39,990 nt of DNA from a virus: IMG/VR virus record IMGVR_UViG_3300040801_000790, positions 1 to 39,990 of that record. One strand, written 5' to 3'. Below, piece by piece: positions 15,135 to 23,193 of the stretch. Position numbers and translations under genes: made by a program. The stretch's first letter is position 1; each line of letters begins with the position of its first letter. Under the pieces are notes generated by a model. The model was given only the letters and a program-made list of their open reading frames with translations. It searched no databases and was not told the DNA's origin.

Positions 15135-15173
15135 TTCCATATTTGGAAGGTAAATAAATTATAGTTAGTATTG
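15135..15173 (+). promoter_or_regulatory. Promoter P4 (TTCCATATTTGGAA, 20 nt, TAGTATTG)
   Basis: Same architecture as P1. The ATG is 22 nt downstream. Confidence 0.65.
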
Positions 15174-15194
15174 TCTTAACGAAACAATAAGAAA

Positions 15195-15398
15195 ATGAAT
15201 TACAAATTACTAGGCTTAATAATATGCTTACTTTCTGGAATAGTTTCCTCGGTTGGTTACTTCTTTATCTTTAAAAATATGACAATGCAACAATTAGAAT
15301 TAATAGTTTACTCGGTATTACTTATGATAACAATTCCTTTTGCAATTAAAGCGGTTAGGGATTTGATAAAGGAAGGGTTTGACCATTGGAAGGTTTAA
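15195..15398 (+). CDS. Small two-TM membrane protein (67 aa)
   Basis: Two hydrophobic segments: LLGLIICLLSGIVSSVGYFFIF and LIVYSVLLMITIPFAI. Confidence 0.6.
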   Translation: MNYKLLGLIICLLSGIVSSVGYFFIFKNMTMQQLELIVYSVLLMITIPFAIKAVRDLIKEGFDHWKV

Positions 15399-15405
15399 CG
15401 GCTCT

Positions 15406-15481
15406 AATAAAATGCAGTAGCGCAACCGCTACACTTGAATAGAAGCAATCACGCACCTTGCGCTATTCATTTTATTTTTTT
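15406..15481 (+). terminator. Compound intrinsic terminator-like structure
   Basis: AATAAAATG 15406-15414 pairs with CATTTTATT 15468-15476, followed by a T-run. Internal hairpin GTAGCG/CGCTAC at 15417-15432. Alternative pairing TAGCGCAA 15418-15425 / TTGCGCTA 15458-15465. Confidence 0.55.
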
Positions 15482-15507
15482 GTTGTGGTGCGTTAAATTT
15501 TGAAACA

Positions 15508-15726
15508 ATGACTAAGAAAGAATTTGAAACAACTGATGAACCTTTATGTATGATTGTATCGCTTGACCCCAGCACAGGAAAAGTGCTTTACGATACTTAT
15601 GATTGGCGAACCCAAGATGGATGGCTGATAGACTTTAAAAAGGACTTTCCAAAAATGATGCACTTTTCTACTCTTAACCCTGCTGCCATTCGTGAACGAA
15701 AAAAAATGTTTGGACTGGTGTCTTAA
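15508..15726 (+). CDS. Hypothetical protein (72 aa), flanked by a 15-nt inverted repeat
   Basis: ATG ORF. GTTGTGGTGCGTTAA 15482-15496 is the reverse complement (14/15) of TTAATGCACCACAAC 15723-15737. Confidence 0.6.
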   Translation: MTKKEFETTDEPLCMIVSLDPSTGKVLYDTYDWRTQDGWLIDFKKDFPKMMHFSTLNPAAIRERKKMFGLVS

Positions 15727-15783
15727 TGCACCACAACGTTAAGTATAACCGTTCGGGCGACTGAACAAAAAAAACAATATTAA

Positions 15784-16083
15784 ATGAGCGAAAAGAAAGC
15801 AAAAAATACTAAATCTTCAAAAAAGTCAAACACTAAGCCTGACGGTTATACGTTTTTAGGAACTGTTGTTTGTTTTCCAAAGAACAAAATACATTTTTAT
15901 CAAGATCATAGATTTTGGGAAGGAGTACCGACAGATGTGGAATTTACCGTAAAAGAGGCTTCTACACATGATGACTTTTGGCTGGTAGCTGATGGTTACG
16001 GTAATTTAGAAAAGCCAAATGCCTATGGTAACGGAAGTATTTGTGTGAAAGAAAAAGATATTAGATGGGCGTTATCCCAATAG
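15784..16083 (+). CDS. Hypothetical protein (99 aa)
   Basis: ATG ORF with a Lys/Ser-rich N-terminus. Confidence 0.6.
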   Translation: MSEKKAKNTKSSKKSNTKPDGYTFLGTVVCFPKNKIHFYQDHRFWEGVPTDVEFTVKEASTHDDFWLVADGYGNLEKPNAYGNGSICVKEKDIRWALSQ

Positions 16084-16088
16084 TGCCT

Positions 16089-16153
16089 AACACGAAAATA
16101 AAAGAGCTTGTGCGTTCCGTGTATCGAAGCGGAATGGCTTTTTATTTTCTGTT
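16089..16153 (+). terminator. Long A/T-rich hairpin element, copy C (65 nt)
   Basis: Same arms as copy B, differing at 3 of 65 positions. It lies between a TAG stop and promoter P5. Confidence 0.55.
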
Positions 16154-16170
16154 ATCATTAAAATAATTAC

Positions 16171-16209
16171 TTCCATATTTGGAAGCGATAAGAATAAATA
16201 GTAGTATTG
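16171..16209 (+). promoter_or_regulatory. Promoter P5 (TTCCATATTTGGAA, 20 nt, TAGTATTG), heading the packaging/morphogenesis block
   Basis: Same architecture as P1. The ATG is 23 nt downstream. Confidence 0.65.
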
Positions 16210-16231
16210 AATTAAATAAACTCAAAAACAA

Positions 16232-16540
16232 ATGAAATTCAAAGGAAAAGTAACTCATGTAACACCTACAGAAAATGGTGAGGACAAAAAAGGTAATCAA
16301 ACTATGAAGAACAACTTCGTAGTAGAAGAAACAGAAGGGAAATACCCTAGCAAAATTCTAATCAACCAGTACAAGAGCGGTGAACACGTTCAATACTTTA
16401 AAGAAGTTAACGTTGGTGAGGTGGTCGAGGTTGAATACTCTACAACAGTAAGCGAGTACAATGGTAAACACTACGGAAACAATAACATGTTCAGATTAGA
16501 AGTAATTGAAAAAGCTGACTTTATAGACGCTCCTTACTAA
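16232..16540 (+). CDS. DUF3127-like small OB-fold protein (102 aa)
   Basis: MKFKGKVTHVTP...FVVEETEGKYPSKILI...GEVVEVEYSTTVSEYNGKHYGNNNMFRLEVI mirrors the DUF3127 layout seen in Bacteroidota, from memory. Confidence 0.5.
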   Translation: MKFKGKVTHVTPTENGEDKKGNQTMKNNFVVEETEGKYPSKILINQYKSGEHVQYFKEVNVGEVVEVEYSTTVSEYNGKHYGNNNMFRLEVIEKADFIDAPY

Positions 16541-16604
16541 TTAAAAACTTAACATAATAACGTGAATTTTTCAGATATTGAAATAATAATTAAAAAAATA
16601 GAAG

Positions 16605-17081
16605 ATGCCAGCGCCTAAAGGAAACAACTACTGGGAATTTAGAAACAAGCACGGAGCAAATCACAAGTATACTCCTGAAAATCTGTGGGAAGAAGCAGTA
16701 GCCTATTTTGATTGGATGAAGGAAAGGGTTTGGAACAAGAAGGAAGCAATTAAAAGCGGAGAGCTTGCTGGAAGCGTTATGGATGTGCCTACCCAAACCC
16801 CAATGAGTATAGAGTCGTTTTGTTTGTTCGCTGATATAAGTCGTCAAACCTTAATAAATTATGAAAGTAACAAAGAAGGATACCAAGATTTTTTTGAAGT
16901 CACAACACGCATAAGGAATATTATAGACAGTCAGCAGTTTGAGGGGGCTACTGTAGGCGCTTACAATCCTAATATAATAGCTAGGAAACTAGGTTTAACA
17001 GATAGGAGAGATATTACATCAGACAACAAGCCATTACCACCTACTCAAATCATATTCACAGATGATATAAACGATGTCTGA
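16605..17081 (+). CDS. terS: Terminase small subunit (158 aa)
   Basis: KYTPENLWEEAVAYFDW...PMSIESFCLFADISRQTLINYE...ARKLGLTDRRD fits the small-terminase pattern (HTH followed by a C-terminal LKN/GW.D-like motif). Immediately upstream of, and overlapping, TerL. Confidence 0.75.
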   Translation: MPAPKGNNYWEFRNKHGANHKYTPENLWEEAVAYFDWMKERVWNKKEAIKSGELAGSVMDVPTQTPMSIESFCLFADISRQTLINYESNKEGYQDFFEVTTRIRNIIDSQQFEGATVGAYNPNIIARKLGLTDRRDITSDNKPLPPTQIIFTDDINDV

Positions 17082-18291
17082 GAATGTAAAGAAGATATTC
17101 CTACTACCTCATCAGAAGGAGTTTATTAAGTCTAAAGCTATGCATACAGCCATAGTAGGCGGTTATGGCAGCGGAAAGACTGAGGGAGGTTTATATAAAA
17201 TCTTTTCTGTAATGTTGAGGAACAGGGTTGACACAGGTTATTACCTACCTACCTATGGGCTAGTTGAAGATGTGGCAATCAAGAAAGCTCCAATAGTTCT
17301 AAAGAGAATGGGGATAGACTACTCAATTAAAATGAAGCCTTACAACTTGACTTTAAAAGGGTTTGGTACAATGATGCTTAGATCAATGGAGAAGCCAGAT
17401 TATATAGCTGGGTATGAGGTGGGGTACTCTATCATTGACGAGATTGACAGAATGAGCAAGAAAAAAGCGGAAGAAGCATTTAACGCCATAACTGCTCGTA
17501 ATCGTGCTTTAATGGAGTTTGATAAGAACTCTATTGATTTTGTTTGTACGCCTGAGGGCTATAGTTTCTTGTATGATTTTTTCGTTACCAAGAAAAGCCC
17601 AAACAAAAAGCTTATCAAGGCTAAGACGTCAGATAATCCATTCCTTCCATCTGATTACATAGACCAACTAAGAGAGAACTATACTCCTGAGCAGTTAGAA
17701 GCTTACTTGAATGGTGAGTTTGTTAACATGACTACAGGAAGCGTTTACAGGGATTACAACAAGGAAAAAAACTACTCACCAAGGGAGATATTACACAATG
17801 ATTTGCTGCATGTTGGGGTAGACTTTAATATGGGGAATATGAGCGCGGTGGTACATGTGGTAGATGGTTTGACGGCAACTGCAGTAGCGGAGGTTTCAAA
17901 CTCTTATGATACTAGGTCGTTGGCAGAGGAGTTGAAGTATAGATATCCTAGACATCGAATCGTTATATACCCCGATGCGTCAGGCTCTAACAGGAAGACA
18001 TCAGCATCAAAGACAGACGTTCAAATATTAAAGAGGTATGGTTTTACAGTCAAAAACTTAACAAGAAACCCCTTTGTTAAAGATAGAATCAACACAATGA
18101 ATAATGCTTTCGAAAAAATGCTTTACTTTGTGAACCACATGAATTGCCCTTCATACTCTGAATGCTTACAACAACTACCATACAAGGGTAATGAGCCAGA
18201 CAAGACAAAGGGATTAGATCATTTACCAGATGCTGGTGGGTACTTTGTTTGGTGGATGTTTGGGAAAGGAAAGAAAACAACTAAATTTTAA
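17074..18291 (+). CDS. terL: Terminase large subunit (405 aa)
   Basis: Walker A VGGYGSGKT and Walker B YSIIDEID. The C-terminal nuclease-like motifs are VGVDFN and YPDASG. Confidence 0.85.
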   Translation: MSENVKKIFLLPHQKEFIKSKAMHTAIVGGYGSGKTEGGLYKIFSVMLRNRVDTGYYLPTYGLVEDVAIKKAPIVLKRMGIDYSIKMKPYNLTLKGFGTMMLRSMEKPDYIAGYEVGYSIIDEIDRMSKKKAEEAFNAITARNRALMEFDKNSIDFVCTPEGYSFLYDFFVTKKSPNKKLIKAKTSDNPFLPSDYIDQLRENYTPEQLEAYLNGEFVNMTTGSVYRDYNKEKNYSPREILHNDLLHVGVDFNMGNMSAVVHVVDGLTATAVAEVSNSYDTRSLAEELKYRYPRHRIVIYPDASGSNRKTSASKTDVQILKRYGFTVKNLTRNPFVKDRINTMNNAFEKMLYFVNHMNCPSYSECLQQLPYKGNEPDKTKGLDHLPDAGGYFVWWMFGKGKKTTKF

Positions 18292-18295
18292 TTAT

Positions 18296-18421
18296 ATGAA
18301 AAACAAGTTTATGTATTATATTGGAAGAGCGACAGGGTTTGTTTTGATTTGTCTTGTGTTGCTTACTAGCTATGTAGCTTTAAAGGTGTGGACTGAATGG
18401 TTAATTAAAAACTTATGGTAA
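18296..18421 (+). CDS. Small TM protein (41 aa)
   Basis: ATG 18296 has an AACTAA leader. The sequence is MKNKFMYYIGRATGFVLICLVLLTSYVALKVW.... Confidence 0.45.
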   Translation: MKNKFMYYIGRATGFVLICLVLLTSYVALKVWTEWLIKNLW

Positions 18422-18978
18422 AGAATACAATCTTCACAACGGAGCGATTAATTTCTTACACATTCCCTTCATCTTGGGATGACATAGATTACAGAACATT
18501 TAAGCTTCTTAACTTCGAGGATAAGACTGGTTTGTTTCATTTGCTTACTGGACTGGATAAAGAAGTAATTGAAAACATTCATGTATACAAGCACCTTGAC
18601 AAAGCACTAGATAAGTTAATGAGTGTTGAGTATCCTAAGGAGTTGCCAAGCAGGATAAAAGGGGTTAAGTTGTGTGATAAGATAACGGGGGAATCTATCG
18701 GTCAGTACGAAGATGCTAAACTATCAATTAATCAAGATGGAGTTAACGCGCCTCCGATAGTAGTAGCTATATACCTACAAGAATCAAAGGGGTATGACTA
18801 CGACAAGGCGCTACTATTATCTAAGGAAATAGAGAAGATGCCATTCTACATTGTGGTAAATGCGTACAATTTTTTTTTGACCAAATCAATAAACAAGAGG
18901 ACTACTTGGTTAAGTCGCTTGCTCCTAATAATTCGAAGTATAGCGAAAAGATTAAAGCAGCTGGTTATGAAAAACTAG
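18415..18978 (+). CDS. Structural-module protein, zero-frame product (187 aa); its 3' end overlaps a -1 frame ORF
   Basis: ATG ORF. After the T9 run (18870-18878) the zero-frame tail is Leu/Arg/Lys-rich (LTKSINKRTTWLSRLLLIIRSIAKRLKQLVMKN) and looks like an out-of-frame read. Confidence 0.6.
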   Translation: MVKNTIFTTERLISYTFPSSWDDIDYRTFKLLNFEDKTGLFHLLTGLDKEVIENIHVYKHLDKALDKLMSVEYPKELPSRIKGVKLCDKITGESIGQYEDAKLSINQDGVNAPPIVVAIYLQESKGYDYDKALLLSKEIEKMPFYIVVNAYNFFLTKSINKRTTWLSRLLLIIRSIAKRLKQLVMKN

Positions 18979-19139
18979 GAGAGGTGTTTGGTTTTATGGT
19001 GACTTTAAACGACTTATCAGAGGGATGTATGATAAAACAAAAAAAAATACTTAAATTGCCTGTGTCAGATATACATCAACAAATGATTTATCGAAGTTGG
19101 TTAACACATTGCGACAGGAAGTTTGAAGAAACGCTATGA
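18876..19139 (+). CDS. -1 frame extension reachable by slippage on the T9 run (predicted fusion about 241 aa)
   Basis: The -1 frame is open from 18825 to 19139. After slippage it reads FDQINKQEDYLVKSLAPNNSKYSEKIKAAGYEKLGEVFGF..., which is protein-like. The only start in that frame is TTG 18906. Confidence 0.45.
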   Translation, partial: FDQINKQEDYLVKSLAPNNSKYSEKIKAAGYEKLGEVFGFMVTLNDLSEGCMIKQKKILKLPVSDIHQQMIYRSWLTHCDRKFEETL

Positions 19140-19576
19140 GTGAGAAGTATATAAACGATTTAATCGAACAATCAGTATCACAGTTGCCCATCTCATTAGA
19201 GTTGGGCTTTGGTACTTTAAAAGACTTTGAATTAACTATAGCTTCTGAAAACTACGGTCTTCCGTTAATGTGGATACTGCCACACAATCAGTCAGCATCT
19301 AGCATACAATCTAGTAATGTAATGATAGATTCCCACGCTATATCTGGAATACTTCTAACAGATGATGATGTTGACCAAACAGCACAATCAAGACGTGAGA
19401 ATGCTGAGTTCGCTGATAGCTTCATAGATACATTCGTATCAAAGCTAAATGAGAGTGATAAAATTACGATTAACTCTATAAGTAAATCTCCAATATATCG
19501 TGTTCATAATTCAATATCACAAGGAAAAGCCTTTGTTATCAATTTAACCATGCCAAAACAAACGCAATGTTGTTAG
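19136..19576 (+). CDS. Hypothetical virion-module protein (146 aa)
   Basis: Coupled ATG ORF in the structural block. Confidence 0.6.
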   Translation: MSEKYINDLIEQSVSQLPISLELGFGTLKDFELTIASENYGLPLMWILPHNQSASSIQSSNVMIDSHAISGILLTDDDVDQTAQSRRENAEFADSFIDTFVSKLNESDKITINSISKSPIYRVHNSISQGKAFVINLTMPKQTQCC

Positions 19577-20022
19577 ATGATTTAAAAGACATCGGAGACA
19601 AGTCAGTAAAATCATTGAGGCAACAACTCAAAGATAAGGATAGGGTCGCTACTGGAAAAACTTCTGAAAGCATTAAATCAATCATAACAGAAGAAGGAAC
19701 TAATATCATCTTCAAGATAATCGCTAGGGAGTTTACTAACTTATTGGAGAAGGGCAGACCATCTACTGGGGTTGGTGTTAATCCATCAAAGGAATTTGTA
19801 GATAAGATTCAAGAGTGGATAGATGCCAAAGGGCTTGATTTACCAGCTTATGCGGTAGCAAAGAAGATTCACGACAAGGGTTATAAGGGTACTGACGGCT
19901 TGATAACTATACCGTTGCAAGAAATACTTACTGATATAAAAATAGCAGTAAGAAGGCATTATAAGGAAATAACTAAAACAAATATAATCAATGGGCTTCG
20001 AGGTAATTCAACGACCGTCTAG
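19567..20022 (+). CDS. HK97 gp10-like head-tail / tail-completion protein (151 aa)
   Basis: The pattern L..QL......ATGKTSESIKS...... LEKGRP resembles the HK97 gp10 family. Confidence 0.4.
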   Translation: MLLDDLKDIGDKSVKSLRQQLKDKDRVATGKTSESIKSIITEEGTNIIFKIIAREFTNLLEKGRPSTGVGVNPSKEFVDKIQEWIDAKGLDLPAYAVAKKIHDKGYKGTDGLITIPLQEILTDIKIAVRRHYKEITKTNIINGLRGNSTTV

Positions 20023-22987
20023 ATACATTTTTGAAAGCGGACAAAGTTTTTCGGTGCAAAAGCATGTGTTTGAAGGGTCTACATACTTCGGAGGCTCGGG
20101 GTTAACGCTTGGGAATAGGTTAACAGTCTCTTTTTGGGTTGAATTAACTGGTATAGGTGATAATCCTATAGTTTCTTTTATTGATTCTTTAAACGCGAAT
20201 AACAATTTTGTAATTTATGGGTCTGTAGTAGGTGGTAATTTAACTATAAACGCTGGTAATTTAACCAATATAGACACTAGTATAGCTCTTGATGGACTGA
20301 CTCATGTTGCTGTAACTGCTAACGGGACTAGCGGAAAAGTTTATATTAACGGTGTATTTGTGGTTAATATAACAATACCAGTTTCTAAATGGTTAACACA
20401 TGATGAGTTTTATATTGGTTACGATGGAACAGAGTTTTTAGATGGTATAGTTGATGATGTGGTTGTGTTCAATGGTGATTTATCAAAGGACGAGATTTCA
20501 AAGCTTGCTTTATCACCTTCTTTGTATCAATTAAAAAAATGGGGTGCGCTATATTCGTTTAAAAACAGAGAAGAGGTAATAGATGAAATTAACGGGCTTG
20601 AATTAACAGTAGTAAGCCCTAACCTTTCAGTATTTGGCAAGGAAGGGATAAACGAAACACCTCAATTTTTGTCACGATGGAATGCTGGTGGTGGAGAACT
20701 ACCTTTGCTTTATAAGATTGAAAACGATTTATTTCCTACCAACAAAGTAGATACAGTTTTTGATATAATAGGCGCAACGGAGTCACTAGGAAGAACATCA
20801 ATAGAGACTAGTGCAGACCATTTGTTAGACATTGGAGACTTAGTTTTTCACAAAGACTGCGAAAATGAAAGTTATAATGGCACTTACAGGGTTGTACAGA
20901 TAGACTCTCCTACTGTTTACATTGTCGGTGTTGCATTTGTTGGCGATGAAACACAAGGAAGCACACAAAAACGATACGAGAACTACGCAATAAACGTAAC
21001 TGTTTACGCTGGTTTATCAGATACGCACCCATTGAGTGAATTAAAACCAATAGAAGAGATAGGTAAGCTTAGCGTACAGCCAGACACAGACAACATATCT
21101 TACATTGATATAGTAGAGTTAGTTAAATCAAAACTATCCATTCAAAACCCATTATTTAAAGAGTATTACCCAGTTGATTTGAGTGCTTTCACTTACTTTT
21201 ATGTAGAAGTAAGTGAGACGTACAGGGTGGGTGGTATAACTATCTTTGAATCAACGCCAACTGTAGACTCTATTAATAGTTGCGCAATAGATACTGAATT
21301 ATTTACCGACCCTAACTTTGATAACGAACTAACATCATGGGAGCAGCTATGGACACAAGAGGAGTGGATTGCTGGGGTTAACGAGGTGACTAGTTCTTTC
21401 AGTACTCAACCAGTCACAAAGACACTAACACAGACGGGTGTTACTATCAGAAGCGGTGTAGGTTATAGGATAGAATGGGATAGTGATTTTGAAGGTTATA
21501 AGGAAGTTGTTTTGTTGTTTGTGTCATATAAGGGTGGTGTTCTTAGAATACGATCTAGCGATAAATCTGGTGTAATAAACAGAACTTTTTTAGGAGATTA
21601 TCCATTAGTTGGTATATATATAGTAAGCTTAAACGGTATTGATTCAAGCGATGTTTCTTTATCAAAATTTTCAATAACAGAGTCTAGTTGTAATGTTTTC
21701 CTGTTTGCCACTAATTCAACTAAGCAGTTTCAAAACAAAACAGGAGGGTCTATGGGTGATTATGAAATTCACCAACTAGCCGAATCTAAGTTTATGACTG
21801 ATTTTGATAAGCCTGTTTTATTTAAGGGCTATCCTTTTGCTTTATCTACCATAATAACAAAGGAGTCATTAGAAGGGTCTTTGAACGCAGATTCTTTATA
21901 TATACGCAATATCACAGAGGGGGTAGATTACAAGATAGACACTTACGGTGACGGCGTTTACAGGGTTGGCGGTGACTTAGATAGTGACTTAGAAGAGATT
22001 GATGTTGAAATATATTCAGTGCCTCAGAACTACTTCACACTTTATTCTAACGGTACTTTTGAAGATAATACAGAGGTCGGTATTGTTAATTTCAACAGCC
22101 CTGAAACGGGCACGGTGAACATTCTTAAAGGAATATCATTATCGAACGCTTACTCTGGAAGACATTCCTATTTAGTATCTTCACCAGAATTTACATTTAG
22201 CCCATTGCTTGGTGGTTCTTTATTCCCTGTTCAGGATATAGTTGGTGGTCTTGATTATATAGTAAGTGCTAAAATACAAATCAACAATTTCAATCAAAAC
22301 GATTTAGACGATACTTACCTTACATTATGGGTTTTAGATAGTTCAAACAATCGTATATGCGAAGATGAAGTGTTTATACCTTACAACGGTGGGGGTTGGC
22401 AATCATTTTCTAAAAAAGTATCTATACCAGAGGGTGTCACTTCTTATAAGATAGCATTCTTTAAGGGAGGCACTACATCGGCATACGGGGTATTGTCAGC
22501 CAATATTGACAACATACAAGTGGTAGGTCCATACGAAAAGGTTTCTGAAACTAAAACAATTCGAATAGACAATGAATGTGGAAATAGCGAGATATATTTA
22601 ACATGGTTTAACTCATTAGGTGGTTGGGAGCAATACGTATTCAAGGCTAAAAAGGCATACAAGAGAACAATCGAGGGCAGCAAGTCTATTCGTAGGGATG
22701 TGTTTAATGACTGGGACAACTCCTTTATAAATGGGGAGTCTGATTTTGATTTTACGGAAATTGACACTTACAAAACCATCACGGTAAGAAGTCAGCACAT
22801 ATCACTATCTGAAAAATTAGCTGTAGAAAAGATAAAGACTAGCATTAAAGTACAAATGTTAGTTGACGACACGCTAACAACTGTAAGAGTAGACAAGGGG
22901 TCCTTCACCATATACGAAGACGTAGACAAGCTTCACACGATAGAATTTGACATTGATTTACCATTGGAATACATTCAAACTATATGA
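19991..22987 (+). CDS. Large tail / receptor-binding protein with an N-terminal LamG (concanavalin-like) domain (998 aa)
   Basis: THVAVTANGTSGKVYINGVFV...LDGIVDDVVVFNGDLSKDEISKL is a classic LamG_3 C-terminal signature. The size and position fit a tail protein. Confidence 0.65.
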   Translation: MGFEVIQRPSRYIFESGQSFSVQKHVFEGSTYFGGSGLTLGNRLTVSFWVELTGIGDNPIVSFIDSLNANNNFVIYGSVVGGNLTINAGNLTNIDTSIALDGLTHVAVTANGTSGKVYINGVFVVNITIPVSKWLTHDEFYIGYDGTEFLDGIVDDVVVFNGDLSKDEISKLALSPSLYQLKKWGALYSFKNREEVIDEINGLELTVVSPNLSVFGKEGINETPQFLSRWNAGGGELPLLYKIENDLFPTNKVDTVFDIIGATESLGRTSIETSADHLLDIGDLVFHKDCENESYNGTYRVVQIDSPTVYIVGVAFVGDETQGSTQKRYENYAINVTVYAGLSDTHPLSELKPIEEIGKLSVQPDTDNISYIDIVELVKSKLSIQNPLFKEYYPVDLSAFTYFYVEVSETYRVGGITIFESTPTVDSINSCAIDTELFTDPNFDNELTSWEQLWTQEEWIAGVNEVTSSFSTQPVTKTLTQTGVTIRSGVGYRIEWDSDFEGYKEVVLLFVSYKGGVLRIRSSDKSGVINRTFLGDYPLVGIYIVSLNGIDSSDVSLSKFSITESSCNVFLFATNSTKQFQNKTGGSMGDYEIHQLAESKFMTDFDKPVLFKGYPFALSTIITKESLEGSLNADSLYIRNITEGVDYKIDTYGDGVYRVGGDLDSDLEEIDVEIYSVPQNYFTLYSNGTFEDNTEVGIVNFNSPETGTVNILKGISLSNAYSGRHSYLVSSPEFTFSPLLGGSLFPVQDIVGGLDYIVSAKIQINNFNQNDLDDTYLTLWVLDSSNNRICEDEVFIPYNGGGWQSFSKKVSIPEGVTSYKIAFFKGGTTSAYGVLSANIDNIQVVGPYEKVSETKTIRIDNECGNSEIYLTWFNSLGGWEQYVFKAKKAYKRTIEGSKSIRRDVFNDWDNSFINGESDFDFTEIDTYKTITVRSQHISLSEKLAVEKIKTSIKVQMLVDDTLTTVRVDKGSFTIYEDVDKLHTIEFDIDLPLEYIQTI

Positions 22988-23193
22988 TATACTTAGAAGT
23001 GTTTTGGCAGATAATACAGGGGTGGTTTCTTTACTTGTCCCCATCAAAGGAGTCTAAGGAAAGAAGGGCTGAAAGGATGAAGCATTGCAAACCATGCGCT
23101 AACAATGTAAAGGGTGTTTGCGTTTCTTGTGGGTGTGTGTTAAAGGCAAAGACACTAGTTAAAGACGCTAAATGTGACTACGGTAAATGGTAA
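22984..23193 (+). CDS. Small Cys-rich protein (69 aa)
   Basis: CKPCANNVKGVCVSCGCVLKAK...KCDYGKW is a multi-Cys, zinc-ribbon-like motif. Confidence 0.55.
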   Translation: MIYLEVFWQIIQGWFLYLSPSKESKERRAERMKHCKPCANNVKGVCVSCGCVLKAKTLVKDAKCDYGKW

